A stretch of 64,000 bases of DNA, taken from contig SMSO01000031.1 in NCBI GenBank assembly GCA_004764695.1, positions 6,864,761-6,928,760 on the forward strand, written 5' to 3'. Made by a program: the position numbers and the translations under genes. The notes under the pieces were generated by a model that worked only from the letters and a program-made list of their open reading frames with translations, made no database searches and was not told where the DNA came from. This DNA is from Schizochytrium sp. TIO01. Its lineage: Eukaryota; Protista; Bigyra: Labyrinthulomycetes. Below are positions 25,660 to 37,595 of the stretch, one piece after another (the stretch's first letter is position 1; every line of letters starts with the position of its first letter).

Positions 25660-26502
25660 TTAGTCACGGTTTGCAAGTTCGACGAGCATCTCCCAAGGCT
25701 TTCCAATAACGTAGCCTTGGACTGGCGCAGGGTTTGTTAAGAGAGCTGAAATCACCTCTTCGATTTTGGCTGTGCTGGTCTGTGTCACATCAAGAAGATT
25801 GCAACCGATTTCCACAACTCCATCAGCATGCGCCAAACCAACCGCCTGGACTGCAGGGAGTGCATGCTTGCTTTTGCTGCGAGAGCGAATTGAATTAGCA
25901 ATGCGCTTGGCCTCGGCAAGAGTCGTGTTCGCAGGCAACGGCACGTTAAAGTTCGTGACCCATCGTGCAGCACCAACGCAAGTCATACCTAGTTCAGGGG
26001 AGTACAGATCAGGTCCAAAGAGCGAGACGTTTTCAAGTTCTGCAGTGCGGTCTTTGGCAGGGTCTAGAGGGCCTGCAAGTGCACCATCCGTAAAGTAAGG
26101 TGTATGACGGCGAAGCTCGGCAAGGGGAGTTGCCCGCGAGTATGCTGCTGTTTTGAGACCAGGGTTTGCTGCAGCAATTCGCTCTGCAAGACCTCGTGCG
26201 GCGTCTTCGACCTCGCCAAGCTGCTCGATCTGAATGGGTGCAAGCAGCACATGATCAGCGACGCCAATGCGCGGATGCTGTGCTACATGGTTTTTGAGGC
26301 TGAGATTCTGCACAGAGTGGCTTACAATGTCCTGAGCAGCTTGCATGACTTTGTTTATCTCTCCAGCAAGAGTCAGAGAAGACCTTCCATACGCCTTGTC
26401 TGAGAATACATTCACGCAGAGCTTGCCACCGGCCTTGGTGACCTCATCAAGGAATCGTCCTGGGACGCCACTCGACACGTACACATTAGAAAGCACCCGC
26501 AT
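25660..26502 (-). CDS. Glutamate formiminotransferase-like protein (FTCD transferase domain only, plant/bacterial stand-alone type)
   Basis: Motifs: NVYVS, FSD.AYGRSSLTL, L.NH...HPRIGVADHV...P, GMTCVGA..WVTNFNVPL, A..IR...LPAVQAVGL.H...VEIGCNLLD. Confidence 0.85.
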   Translation of the reverse strand: MRVLSNVYVSSGVPGRFLDEVTKAGGKLCVNVFSDKAYGRSSLTLAGEINKVMQAAQDIVSHSVQNLSLKNHVAQHPRIGVADHVLLAPIQIEQLGEVEDAARGLAERIAAANPGLKTAAYSRATPLAELRRHTPYFTDGALAGPLDPAKDRTAELENVSLFGPDLYSPELGMTCVGAARWVTNFNVPLPANTTLAEAKRIANSIRSRSKSKHALPAVQAVGLAHADGVVEIGCNLLDVTQTSTAKIEEVISALLTNPAPVQGYVIGKPWEMLVELANRD

Positions 26503-27879
26503 GGTCACGAACTATCTATCTAAACTACAGTCTATCAGCAGGTTTCCAAGACCCGCCTCTAAATCTGATGATTATCCTTGCACCGAGCGCTTGCAGAAAT
26601 CCTCTGCAGAGATTTTCCTTTGGATTCTGAGCAGCGGTCCTCGTCTGCTGTAGTACTACAAGCTTTGTCTTCGCGTTGTCTGCGAAACCCATTTTCATTT
26701 TGTGTAAAACCCATTTTTACTCTGCCTCCTCCCGGAATTCCGCCTTTTAAAACTCAGGTGCACACCTTCCTCGATGCCTCGCTCTGGAGAGTTCATAGAC
26801 TAAAATATTGATGCATTTTATTTTTACAGAGCCCCCAATTCGAATGTGGTGATAAATACTACTTGTTTTGCACTTTTTATTTTAGACGGGAAGTTCTTGA
26901 TTGCCTTTTCGGTTTCAATTTTGGTTTTGAGTCCCTTTCTAGAGAGAGCAAACAAATAAATACATTAAAGTTAAAAAAATCTGAATTTGCTAAAAAGCTC
27001 TTGGCTCGGGTAACCTGAAATTTGCTCGTTGTGTTCGACAGATGCTCTTCTATTGCAATATATATAGCTCTATGATAGAGGTGTTTTGTTTTCTCAGCCA
27101 AGCTTGTGTTAGTGTCTCATATTTTAAATACTGACGATTTGATTTGCGAAACACATCGATGAGCAAACACCCTAACCTATCAATACCTCTTTTTAAATAG
27201 TTATAGCAAACATAGTCCGCAATAATATTATTTCTTTGAAAGCGAAGGGTCCAATCCTATTCTCTAGCGAAACCTTTTGGATGCGGTCTGCTCTAAACTC
27301 TTGCGTACGATCTTCTCGTAAAATCCCATTCTTTGATACGTCTAATTCAAAGATAAATAAGAGCTACGAGTCCTACCAACTAGCTAGTCCTACCAGGTAC
27401 CGTTCTCTTCCGACTAACCTAACCACCACCTCAACAAAAAAAATTGATTACAGCCTCCAAGTTGAATTCAATCAAATCTTTCTATACTGCTCCTCTGCCA
27501 CAAGCGCGAGACCATCAAGCAGTGAAAGAGCCCCTTGCAAGAATAAAGCTTGGTCGGTAGCAATTTCCATTGAGTGCAAATGGATATTTATTTTCTGATG
27601 TCAAACGAAGTCGTTGGCCATTCTCACCTGCCTCCGTTCTTTTCCATGGGATTGACAGTCATTTCTCACTGTTTCTAAAGTATGATTGAAAACATGAACA
27701 CGATTCAGAAATTTTAAAATATATTGATTCATAATTCGTCATCGGAGGGGCCATCAAAACCGATTTCGAGAGCGAAGTGGATTGAGCGTTGCGGCAGAGG
27801 CAGCGGGTCTCGGCCTGGCTCTGTGTCTGGGTGGAGATTGCTGGGGAGGTTCTGCTTCGCTGGGAAGAACTACTAGAAT

Positions 27880-30800
27880 ATGGCGGGTGGCAAGCGGTCT
27901 TCTGCGGCGCAGGGGTCTGCCACGGCGGAGGGTAGCGCCGCCCTGGAGGACGTACTACCTTCGGGTGCAGCATTCTGCGCTGTGTGTATGAGACCAGGCA
28001 TTGGTGGCGCTGCAAAAAGGTTTGAAGAGCGCGAACGCGTACTAGTGTGCACCAGCTGTGGCCATGGGGCTCATGCACGGTGCTTGGGACTCGTTTCGAA
28101 AACCCCACAAACTTCGAACGTAAACTCCGATGACGATGCTGCCAAGACATTCTGCTGCGATTCATGTGTGGCGCTCACTGGTGGCGGGGATAAGCCACGT
28201 AGGCTTGCAAAGGTCAAGCTCCAACGCTCCTGCCCACTCTGCCGCAGCGGTCTGCAGGGCGGCTTCATGGCAACGGCGGTACCTGCCGGGAATGTCGGAG
28301 CCGACGTCAAGAACAACAATGGTGAAGGTGACAAAAACGGTTCTGATGTGATGTTCGACGATGAAGACCTCGTATGGGTACATGTGAGCTGTGCCCAAGC
28401 TAATGATGCTGTTAAAATAGATAAGGGGCGACGAAGGGCGGATATTTCTGGGATTCCCCTCGACCGAACAGAACTCATGTGCGAGCTGTGTGGCAAGGGT
28501 GACACGCTTGGATGTATTACATGTGAATGCAAAAAAGCGGCATTTCATCCGACATGTGCTCTTGTGCTAGGGGCACAAAACGGCTATGAAGCTGACAAGT
28601 GTCCAAGCTGTGCAAGACACGCTGCCGTTCTGAACCAAAGAAAACCATTTGTCGAGGCCTTGGAGAAATTTGAGGTCATCTCGACAACAGAGAGAGAGTT
28701 TCTGACAAATGTAATCAATGATGGCAAGTGTGATCGCTCGCCGTTTCAATCTGCCTTGATGAGGCTTAAAGCAATTGATCGCGTTGCCGACAAGACCTTT
28801 CTCACGGTCATGCGCGATCTAGTCACATTTCCTGGAGAGAGGTCGAAGGAAGAAAAGGTCGCCTTTTGCAGCCGAGTATCAGCGCATCACAAGTACCGGC
28901 AAAACGCCGGCTGCAGCTGTTAAACTATTTAACCAGATCATACCAGACGAAGACGAAGGTCGTATTATGGCTGAAGTTGCCGCTGCAACTTTGCAGTGTA
29001 ACATGGCATCAGCACGTCGCAACCGCCCTCGGTTTCCAGGATTTAAGGACTCGCCCGTGCTCTATTTCGATGTTGAATGTTTTGCGAATGAGGCTAAGAA
29101 CGTGTTTGAGCTTTCGCCAGACTCAGAGAGGTTGACTGTTCAGTTGATAGTACGTACGGCTGCTAGGCAAATTGAAGAGCTGTTGCTTTCTAAAATCTTT
29201 GTGGTTGGTGTTGCTGAGCGGGCTCGTACTTTACTGGCTAGTAGCGGAGCCTTAGACACTTTTGATGAGGCTTCGTCTGGAAGCACTCCTAAACGTGCAG
29301 CCAGCAAAAAAAGACGTAAAAGCGCAACTAACAGTGGCCGAAAAAATGGAGTGGCTGCTTCAGCCGACGAAAATGGTGACGATGATTCCAACATCAAAGA
29401 TGAGGATGACATCAGTCTTTTCAAACTCGAGGGTTATGAGGTCCGCATGACCAATCAAACGGCATATGGTGTCTTTTCCCGGATCGGCAAGGAGCTCGAG
29501 CACAATGCAACTGTAGAGCCTTATTTGAACGGTAAATGGAACAAAGCGCCATACCCACGCCGCCCATACGAAGAGATTTCAGAGTATGCACCAACTCCTG
29601 GACTAAGTGCTAGTGAGCAACAAGAAGTCCTTGGTATCCTTGAAACTACCAAGCGTCCTGAGTGCGACCAATCAGATCTTTGCGCGAAAGTTGTACCTTT
29701 TGATCTTGCGAGAAACTGCTTCGAAACATCCGCACGCTGTATGTCTCGTCGGGTTGGATGCCCTCGTACAGCGGTTGGTTCCCACCAGCCTTTGAAGATG
29801 GGACAGCAGGTACAGGTTACCGACATGTGGGGTCTCGATTGTTATACACGCCGCAACGTACAGACGGTACTTCGAATGGCTGCTGGTTTCGAGACCGAGC
29901 AGCTTCAACGAAACTTCTTACAGAGGATTCTTCTTCCCGCTATTGATGCCCAACCTTCGCACAGAGCGCATAATTTAGTTAATGCCATGCGTTCGATTCT
30001 GCACGCTGTTGGCAAGGAGCCAAGCAACACTCCCAATGACGGGGCGACCTCCTCATCAACAACACAGGAGTCTCGTCCCCCCGTTCCTTTAGATGATATC
30101 CCAACCTTTGAATCCGACTACACCCCAGATGACCGACCAGAAGTGTCCTCAAAGGTTGCCCAAATTGTTACAAAGGCAATTGCTACCACGTCTGATCTTA
30201 CAATCGGCCGCGTGCGAAGTGGTGCAATTTGTCTTCTGTTCGCTGTGCGTAATTGGGGCCTGAACGCTTTTCGCGTACACCCAAAGGGTGTGGGCGTGCA
30301 GTGCATTAAAGATGGTGGTTTGCCATCGGGCACCTTTGTTACGGAATACCTTGGTGAACTATTTGCCCCATGGCGTTGGTTTGAGAAACAGGACGCTATC
30401 AAGAATGCACAGAAAAAATGCCGGTTTAAGCCAATTCTCCCTGATTTCTATAACATTATGATGGAACGTCATGAAGATGACGAGGAAGGCTACGATGTCG
30501 CTTATATTGACCCTATCGTACGTGGTAATTATGCGTCTCGCCTTAGCCACAGTTGCGAGCCCAACTGTGCTACAGTTGTCATGGTTGTTGATGGTCATTA
30601 TGTAGTGACTGTTTATACTTTGCGCGATATAGGTTTTGGAGAAGAGCTCACCTTTGATTATTCGTCTGTTACTGAGGATGAAAATGAGTTCAAAGCTGCA
30701 ACCTGCTTATGCGGTTCTTTGGGTTGTCGTGGCTCATTTCTTTATTATGCTGGTGTTGGTGCATTCGCCCAAGTTCTTGCTGACGAGCAGACGTTCTTGC

Positions 30801-32827
30801 ATCGTAATGCCTTAGTGTATCAAGCGTGCGCCGATCCTGTTCTGAAACCAGAGGATGAGTCCCGTTTGGCTCGCTCTGGTATTAAAAAGGCTGCGCTGCG
30901 TGATAGTCCTAGCTGGCTCGCGAAATGGACTTCGCTTGTTCTCGCCTATGCTGAACGCGAACGTGATGAGCTAGCTCATCGGTTATGTTTGACAACCTTC
31001 CGGGATCGCCTCACCTACACTGACCAGCAGGCTCGCTTACAAGCTGCTGGTGTACTGGAAAATCGCGTTCAAAATGTGGTTATCACTTTGAATAAGCTTC
31101 GCCATTTCTTCACTGCAGAACGTGCAACGGGTAGCTCATCTCGTGATTCTGTTGGCATCGGGAGTATGCCGTTATCTGAAATTCCTTCCCCAGTACGCAA
31201 GTTGACTCCAGAGGAATTGGTAGATATTCTCTGGGCATGGGATGATTCTCATGCACAGGTTGCCATCAACGGTTTCCTGCGCTTACCTGTTGCGAAGGAT
31301 AAACGTTATAGTTCACAGGTGGCGCAAGTAACAACCATGCAGAAAAAGCTAGCTTCTGGGTCGGTAACAAACTATGATCAAGTCCGAGGATGCCTCCTAG
31401 AACTGCGCAATGTTTTTTGGAGTGTGCCAGTTTGCCAATGTACTTCGGCAGGAGATCTTCTCACTTGGATTTTGCACACGAAACACTTTTTTACGGCAGT
31501 TACTTACCCAGGTATGCGTTCTACAAAGATTGTTGTTCGGAATGTGGATATTGGCCGAGACGGAAGTGTTGTTGGGTCCACGCAACCCAACAAATCATTA
31601 ACTAAATCTCCTGCCAAGTCTCCAGCAGCGGTCGAAGCTGCTATTACTGCCAAAGCAGCAAAGGAGCAGACACAAGTTCGTTGCAAACGTGTGAAACGAA
31701 GCAGCAAGAGTGGCCAACCCGCTTCAGTGGAAGGCGAAGACTCCTTGTGGATGGCTGTAGCACCAGAGACTATCACTGCACCAACCGCTGCTGTTGCTAG
31801 TCCACCAGAACACAAGCTTGGCTTTGAACCTTCACATCGAACGCCTGGACCTTTGTTGCTACCATACTGGTACGGCGTCGAGAGAAATGGTACCGTTGTA
31901 TTATCTGCTGCAGAATCTGATAATTTCACCTCTATATCTTTCGAAATCGATGCAGGCAAACCATACTTGCGTTCGCTTAAACTTGCCGCTGAGGACCTGA
32001 AAGAGTCAGCAACTGCTCAAAAGTATTTTGTATTGACCATCCCAATGCCAGGATGTATTCCTGTCTACATTTATCGGCCTATGCTTGCTGGACCTATACC
32101 CGGGGCAAGCTTAAGCCCTGTGGAAGAAAACGCAAAGGTGATGATGTCTACTACTCGCTTAGTAGTCGACTCGCCAATTCGTCCTAATCCGGTTGATGGC
32201 ATTCGTTGGGAAAATATTGGTCTTGTCTATGCCTTCGATGTCCCCTTACCTGGCACAGACCAGTTTTCAGCGCTGGATCAAGAAGGCTGTTTGATCACTC
32301 TTTACGCATTTTCAGAAGAGACCTTTTCCAATCGAGTACGCTTCCTGCAACCAGGCGAAACTTTCCATAATAAGGCGAGTTCGCCGCAAACCACAGCCAT
32401 CCCTAAGGCGATTGACCCATTGGAGGCAGTCCTAGAAGAAGAGAAAAAGTACCAATCTGGTTATATCTGGGGGCAGATGTCAGGTTGGTTTAAACAAACT
32501 GTAGCGTCGCCAGATGCTAGTTTGTCTGCAGAACGTCGTGGTACACTTTCGTTGCCCGACATGCAGTGCTGTTTTAGTGCAACGTCTTATAAAGATCGTC
32601 AGGCTATTGTTGATCGTGTTTCAAAGCAACCAGAGGCGATGTGGCCTACAGGTTCACACTGGTCATTTAAGAACAAACGGAAAATATATGGGTCTCCATG
32701 GCTTGATGATATTGTTGAGCCAGAACTGCACCATACTGATGCAATTTTGCAAGCTATGGAATTTCATATGCAGCACAAGGTGCCGCCACCTCCATCAGCG
32801 TTTAACAAGGATGCAGCGATGGCGTGA
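27880..32827 (+). CDS. PHD/extended-PHD + SET-domain histone lysine methyltransferase, ATXR3/SDG2-like (H3K4); +1 frameshift near 28864
   Basis: N-terminal PHD (CAVC..C..C...H..C...C..C) and ePHD (WVHVSCA...CELC...FHPTCA). The SET block KGVGVQC..EYLGELF.PWRWFEKQD..FYNI.MER...GYD...NYASRLSHSCEPNC..EELTFDY..CLCGS..CRGS and the C-terminal Y..GQ..WFKQT..RGTLSLPD match the ATXR3 family. The downstream frame stays open back to about 28823, so removing one T in GCC-TTT-T-GCA joins the two ORFs. Confidence 0.85.
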
Positions 32828-33460
32828 AGTACTTTGCAGAATGCATCGGCGGCAGAATTTCACTGAAGCACACCGACTGCATTTTTAAGCTCAAAGTTGT
32901 TCGGCATTTCTTTTCCTTTCACATTAGCATAGAGCATTCTTAAAAGTCAGATTATCCTTCATAAAACCAATTCAATATCTTTCTACATACTTACATATTT
33001 TCCCTGTCAACTCTGACTTGAACAAGCGGTTTTCTCCATCCCCATTTGATAAATGGAACGTGCGGATTTAAAAACAGCACCAGATTGCTTTGAGCACAGA
33101 ACTAACGGATGTCTTGACTCATTAAGCTTTTCATGTTTTCTTATCTGCGGAGAGCACGCAATATCCTCTTTGCGCCGTTATATATATATATGTATGCTGC
33201 TGTATGGAAGAACGACTAGAGTTTGCAGCATCTATGAAAGGTAATCTGAGGAAAATAAAAGATTGTATTGTTCAATGAAAATATGAGTTATTTTATAATT
33301 TCTATCTCTATGTCAGACACTTGGAAGTGGAATATAAGCATGCCAACAAAAGCGAACATAAGTCGAATGTCGAGTAAAGTTCGTCAGTATTCCACCAGGG
33401 GTTTACAACGTCAATGCAGTGAAAAATGTTCTTCATCTAACAGCAATTGGTAAAAGACAC

Positions 33461-35011
33461 TTAGGCTTCGTGGTTAGTTTTGGTCTCGCGCAAAATGCGA
33501 GCCTGTTCGCAGAGCTTATTGATGAACGGCTTCACTCCTGCGGGGCTCAACATAGGGTCGTCAAGATCGCCATGGGCAACTGCATCCAGAGCAACAAGCT
33601 GATCTTCGGGATCAGCAAGGCTGGCATCGCGAACATCGCTTTCAAAAAGGGCACGGATGTTCTCAGCGTAGGCAAGAGCAGAACCAAGGGATTCCTCATC
33701 GGCAGGGTTGATACCGAGTCTACGTGCCACAACACTGGCCGTTTGAATCTGGGAGGCATCACTCAATATCTCCTGAAGACGCCATGCAAGAACGCGAAAC
33801 CTTGGGTCCTGAAAGCTTCTCACACCGGGACGGCGCGAGCCAATAGCACGGATTCCGTGCATACCTTGCATGTTAATAATGTTATCCACCTGACCAGCAA
33901 TTTGATCCCGGACCTGGTCAGACTCAATCGACCCATCTTCGTATAAAAGAGAGAATGCTGTAACTGATCCCTTACCTTGCAATGGGGCAACGCGCTCCAG
34001 GTAGCGATGAGGCTGAAAAAGCGAAGTTACGCGCTTGCCACCATTCCGTGCGGATTCAAGTTCTGCAAGCGCAGCGCCAACGGGGCCAAGGCTATCAATA
34101 ACAATGAGAACGCGCTCTCCCTCTCTTGCACGGTCCTCGGCCATTGCACAGGCAGTTGCAGGAGCTAAAGCCTGGATGGCCCATGGCTCACTGTTTGAAG
34201 ACGCTATGACAGTAGTGAAGTCAAGAGCGCCCAGGCCTTGTAAATCCTGATGCGTCCGACGGATGCCACTCTGATCAAGACCAGATGAAACCCAGATGCA
34301 CGAATCGATGCTGCGCTTTGAAGGATCAAGCTTTGCCTGGCGAGCCAAGAGGTTGAGCGCTATGTAGCGAAGGCCTCTAGGATTGTTACCAATCAGGGCG
34401 TTGCGTGTGCCATAACCAATGGGGTAAAGTGTATCGATGGGGAAAATGCCTGTGAACAACTGCTTCGTGACGCGATCCCGCTCCAAAAAAGTAGGTGCTC
34501 CATGCTTGGCGTCAGTATAGGCGGGCAGAGGGCATGGCAAGGTTTCTCTGGAAAAGTAGTCAAGTCCAACGGGGGTGGTGACCCGGCCAGGCATGTATAC
34601 AGGAGCTTTGAGCTCGCCATCAGCGCCTGAGAGAAGTTTTGCAGAGTCTCCAATCTTGATAACCTGTGAGTTCGGGGATCCCAAAGCAGCCACCTTGGTA
34701 ACTTGCTTCTCTAAACCCACAACATAACCTTTGAGGCCGTGGCTGCCCATTTCTACGATGCTGTTCAGATGGGCATTCTGCAAGCCAAGCATGGATACCA
34801 CTCCCTTTTCAATATTAATAACCTCGCCCTCATTACCAGGAAACTGCCTCTGGTAGCCAAGAATCTGCTCTTCAAGCGAGAACTCAAGCTCTTCGGAAGC
34901 AGTATGCTTTCGCTGCGATGACTTGGAGGAGAGAGGTCTTGCTGCCAACGAGCGGCCTCCGAGGCCACCCAAGCGGCGTGCCAGAGACGAAACTTGTGTG
35001 GAGATTATCAT
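33461..35011 (-). CDS. Divergent F1-ATP synthase alpha-subunit paralogue with mitochondrial presequence-like N-terminus and degenerate nucleotide site
   Basis: Motifs EGEVINIEKGVV.MLGL.N, QLFTGIFPIDTLYPIGYGTR, CIWVSSG, LAPATACAMAE, LIVIDSL, RYLERVA and GSVTAF are collinear with F1-alpha. Walker A GDRQTGKT is replaced by GNNPRGLR. The N-terminus is R/S-rich and lacks acidic residues. Confidence 0.8.
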   Translation of the reverse strand: MIISTQVSSLARRLGGLGGRSLAARPLSSKSSQRKHTASEELEFSLEEQILGYQRQFPGNEGEVINIEKGVVSMLGLQNAHLNSIVEMGSHGLKGYVVGLEKQVTKVAALGSPNSQVIKIGDSAKLLSGADGELKAPVYMPGRVTTPVGLDYFSRETLPCPLPAYTDAKHGAPTFLERDRVTKQLFTGIFPIDTLYPIGYGTRNALIGNNPRGLRYIALNLLARQAKLDPSKRSIDSCIWVSSGLDQSGIRRTHQDLQGLGALDFTTVIASSNSEPWAIQALAPATACAMAEDRAREGERVLIVIDSLGPVGAALAELESARNGGKRVTSLFQPHRYLERVAPLQGKGSVTAFSLLYEDGSIESDQVRDQIAGQVDNIINMQGMHGIRAIGSRRPGVRSFQDPRFRVLAWRLQEILSDASQIQTASVVARRLGINPADEESLGSALAYAENIRALFESDVRDASLADPEDQLVALDAVAHGDLDDPMLSPAGVKPFINKLCEQARILRETKTNHEA

Positions 35012-35504
35012 ATCGCAAGGCTCAGCAGCGGAAGCCCTCGTACACAGACTTCACTCGACAAGCCCTTCCTTGGTCGCAAGGTGCGATGCAATTCGATGGG
35101 AAAAGCAAATGCAATGCGCTTTTGGATGACGATTGTCTCGCCGTGGCTAGCGCAAAACTCATATTGTATTAGTATGTTTTAAAATCATTCTATATGAGCA
35201 AAACTATATATTGGTAGTGACTAGACAGGGAACCTCTATCTTAGTAAATAATATTATGTGTGGCTTGTATTTAACTCTTAAAGACAATTTCTTTAATTTG
35301 GGAGAATGTTGAGGTAGAAAGAGAGATATGGACGTTGTGAAGACCATTCACGCAGAGCATTAAGAACGACTTGTCGCACGTGGTAGACGTGTATTTGTTG
35401 TTCTGGGGAGATCTAAAGGTGTGCAGCGTGAAGTTATCAGAGAGAAGATCACCTAAACTCATCGAGACTGGGCTGTCAAAGGCCGGCGTTTGCAGATAAT
35501 AATT

Positions 35505-36207
35505 ATGGAGTCAAAGGGTTGCGAGGCCAAAGAAGGCCATGCCGAAGACCGAAACGTGAGAGAAAGTAAGCACGCACCTGCACTTGAGGAGGAATTCGCG
35601 AGACTTAAGGGCTTCAACAACAATGACGATGCAAGCGCTAGTGATGAAGAAGTGGAAATGATTCAACTTAAGGCCGTTGATTTCCTGGATGGTTCTGATC
35701 TGCAGCCTGTGTCGTCACCTCTGGCGTTTAAGCTTAAGTTTCGTGCTTTGCAGCCTCTGAAGCAGGCAACTTGGGAGGTCAAGGTAAGTCAAGCCTGAGA
35801 TATTAATTTGGCAAATGGATGATAAGATACAAAATTCCAATACACTTGTTACGTTTGCTTGCCGTCTTTGTATGATATAGGAATAGTCATGTCTAACGAA
35901 AGAACTTTAATGAATGATTTGCATTTGGGGATAACAGTACCTTGTGGACTGCGTGACGAAGCGGAACATTATTGTCCTCGGTCGTACTGAGCCATCGAAT
36001 TACATGGGAACTAGCACAATGGAATTTCGAGTCGACACAGTAGATGTGTCGCACATCAAGCCATCGCAGCTGTCCAATGCGGGTCTACTAATTTGTACTT
36101 TGCGAACTGGTCCTGAGCAAAATGAGGTGGCAGAGATCAAGATGGTGGTACAGGTAAACACACAGAATGGAGAATTTGTTCGGTGTATCTACAACCCTAT
36201 GGACTGA
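35505..36207 (+). CDS. Two-exon gene (35505..35783, 35938..36207) for an ASF1-like beta-sandwich protein
   Basis: Splicing at AAG|gtaagt ... ataacag|TAC is phase 0 and in frame. The spliced protein P.AFKLKF.ALQPL...WEVKYL...IVLG...MEFRVD.VD.S.I....L.NAGLLICT parallels the strand pattern of the ASF1 histone chaperone. Confidence 0.6.
35784..35937 (+). other. Spliceosomal GT-AG intron, 154 nt
   Basis: Donor gtaagt, branch-like ctaac near 35893, acceptor aacag; AT-rich; joins two ORFs in frame. Confidence 0.85.
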
Positions 36208-37196
36208 AGTGAAATATAGAATTCACGAGTAAGGCCGCCGTCACCTGGCTTGCTTTGTAGTACAACTATTTTTACTGGCACGTATGTATGCAAAAGTAAA
36301 GATAATCTGCAAATTCCGAGAGGGGAAGTGGGCATGCCTAAAGCCAAGAATATTCAGTAGGGAAATAAAGAAAGATGAATTGCTCGCTGCTCTGCTAGCA
36401 GAACAACGTAATGGTTCTCTAGATATAATGCAAGAATATCAAGTCACGGTCACAATATACTCGTGCATTCTGAGCAAGCGTGTATATGCCAAGTCATCTT
36501 ATGGTTAGATTGTTCTGAACTGAATGAAGAAAGGGATATCAACTAATCAACTAAGCAATGAAATGAATGAATCAAAAGTTTTTGTAAAATCAGTAACGGG
36601 ACCGACTGTCGGGTGTGTTGTATTTAGAACAGAAGAGAGAAGACAACGCTTGCTGCTAATTTGATTTTTGCTTGTTTGTTTGTTCGCCTGCTCGCTTGCA
36701 AGATTGCTGACTGGCTGAGATTTCGTGAGAAACTGACTGACTGACTGACCTACTGACCTACCCGCTGGCTAACCGATACGATTGAGCATTTTGCCGGACC
36801 CGCCTCGTTTCATCCAGCACATATAATCCAAAAGTAGATAAGTAAAAAAAGAAAAGAGCCTCATGTAAAAATACCCTTCTCCACCTCCTATCCTTGACGC
36901 AAAGGTTCTAACTTCATCTTCCAATCCGGTCAGATCGGAACAAATTCCTCTGAAAATTCATCTGTCACCTTCAGGAGCACAATCCCGAGGCGATCAATTA
37001 ATGAATCGAGGTCATTCATTCCCTATGAGCTAAAAACTACGGATTAGGATATGACAAACTGAGATACCCACGTCTTCGGAGCCGAAACAGCAAACCAGAA
37101 ACCAGCAAAATAGCAGAGTAAGAAAGCAAATCTGCGAATCTGCAAATAATTTAGCAAACAAACCGGCGAATTAGCAAGAGCGTCTGGCTACGGAAC

Positions 37197-37595
37197 TTAG
37201 ATCTCGGCCATGGTCTTGTTGCCGCCGAAGTCCTCAGAAAGGTCTGGCAAGTCACGCTTGGCGAAGGGCGCGAGGGTCTCGGGCTGGCGGACCTTCTCGA
37301 CGTACTTGTAGAGGCCGGTAAGGAAGCCCACGCCGGCGAGCCACATGAGGAAACCCTTGAAAGTGCTGACGTTCTGGGCGTCAAAGTCCACGGTGGCCTC
37401 GGGTGCGACACCATCGTCCCAGATAAGGTCGTTGTGCTCAGCGAGCGTCTCCTTGGGCGCCGGGATACGCATGAAGGTCGGCGGGGGGGAGCCACCATGG
37501 CCACCGCGCATCATGGCGGCGCCGCGGGCGCGGGCGACGGCACCCTGGCTGCTGCGCCGGGCGCCAACGGTGGCTGCAATACGGGCCGCCTGCAT
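37197..37595 (-). CDS. NDUFB8: Mitochondrial complex I subunit NDUFB8 (ASHI), plant/protist type
   Basis: R/A-rich presequence, then L.EHNDLIWDDGVAPEATVD, a single TM (FLMWLAGVGFLTGLY), and PF.KR.LP.LSEDFGG. Strong C/G-ending codon bias. Confidence 0.8.
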   Translation of the reverse strand: MQAARIAATVGARRSSQGAVARARGAAMMRGGHGGSPPPTFMRIPAPKETLAEHNDLIWDDGVAPEATVDFDAQNVSTFKGFLMWLAGVGFLTGLYKYVEKVRQPETLAPFAKRDLPDLSEDFGGNKTMAEI

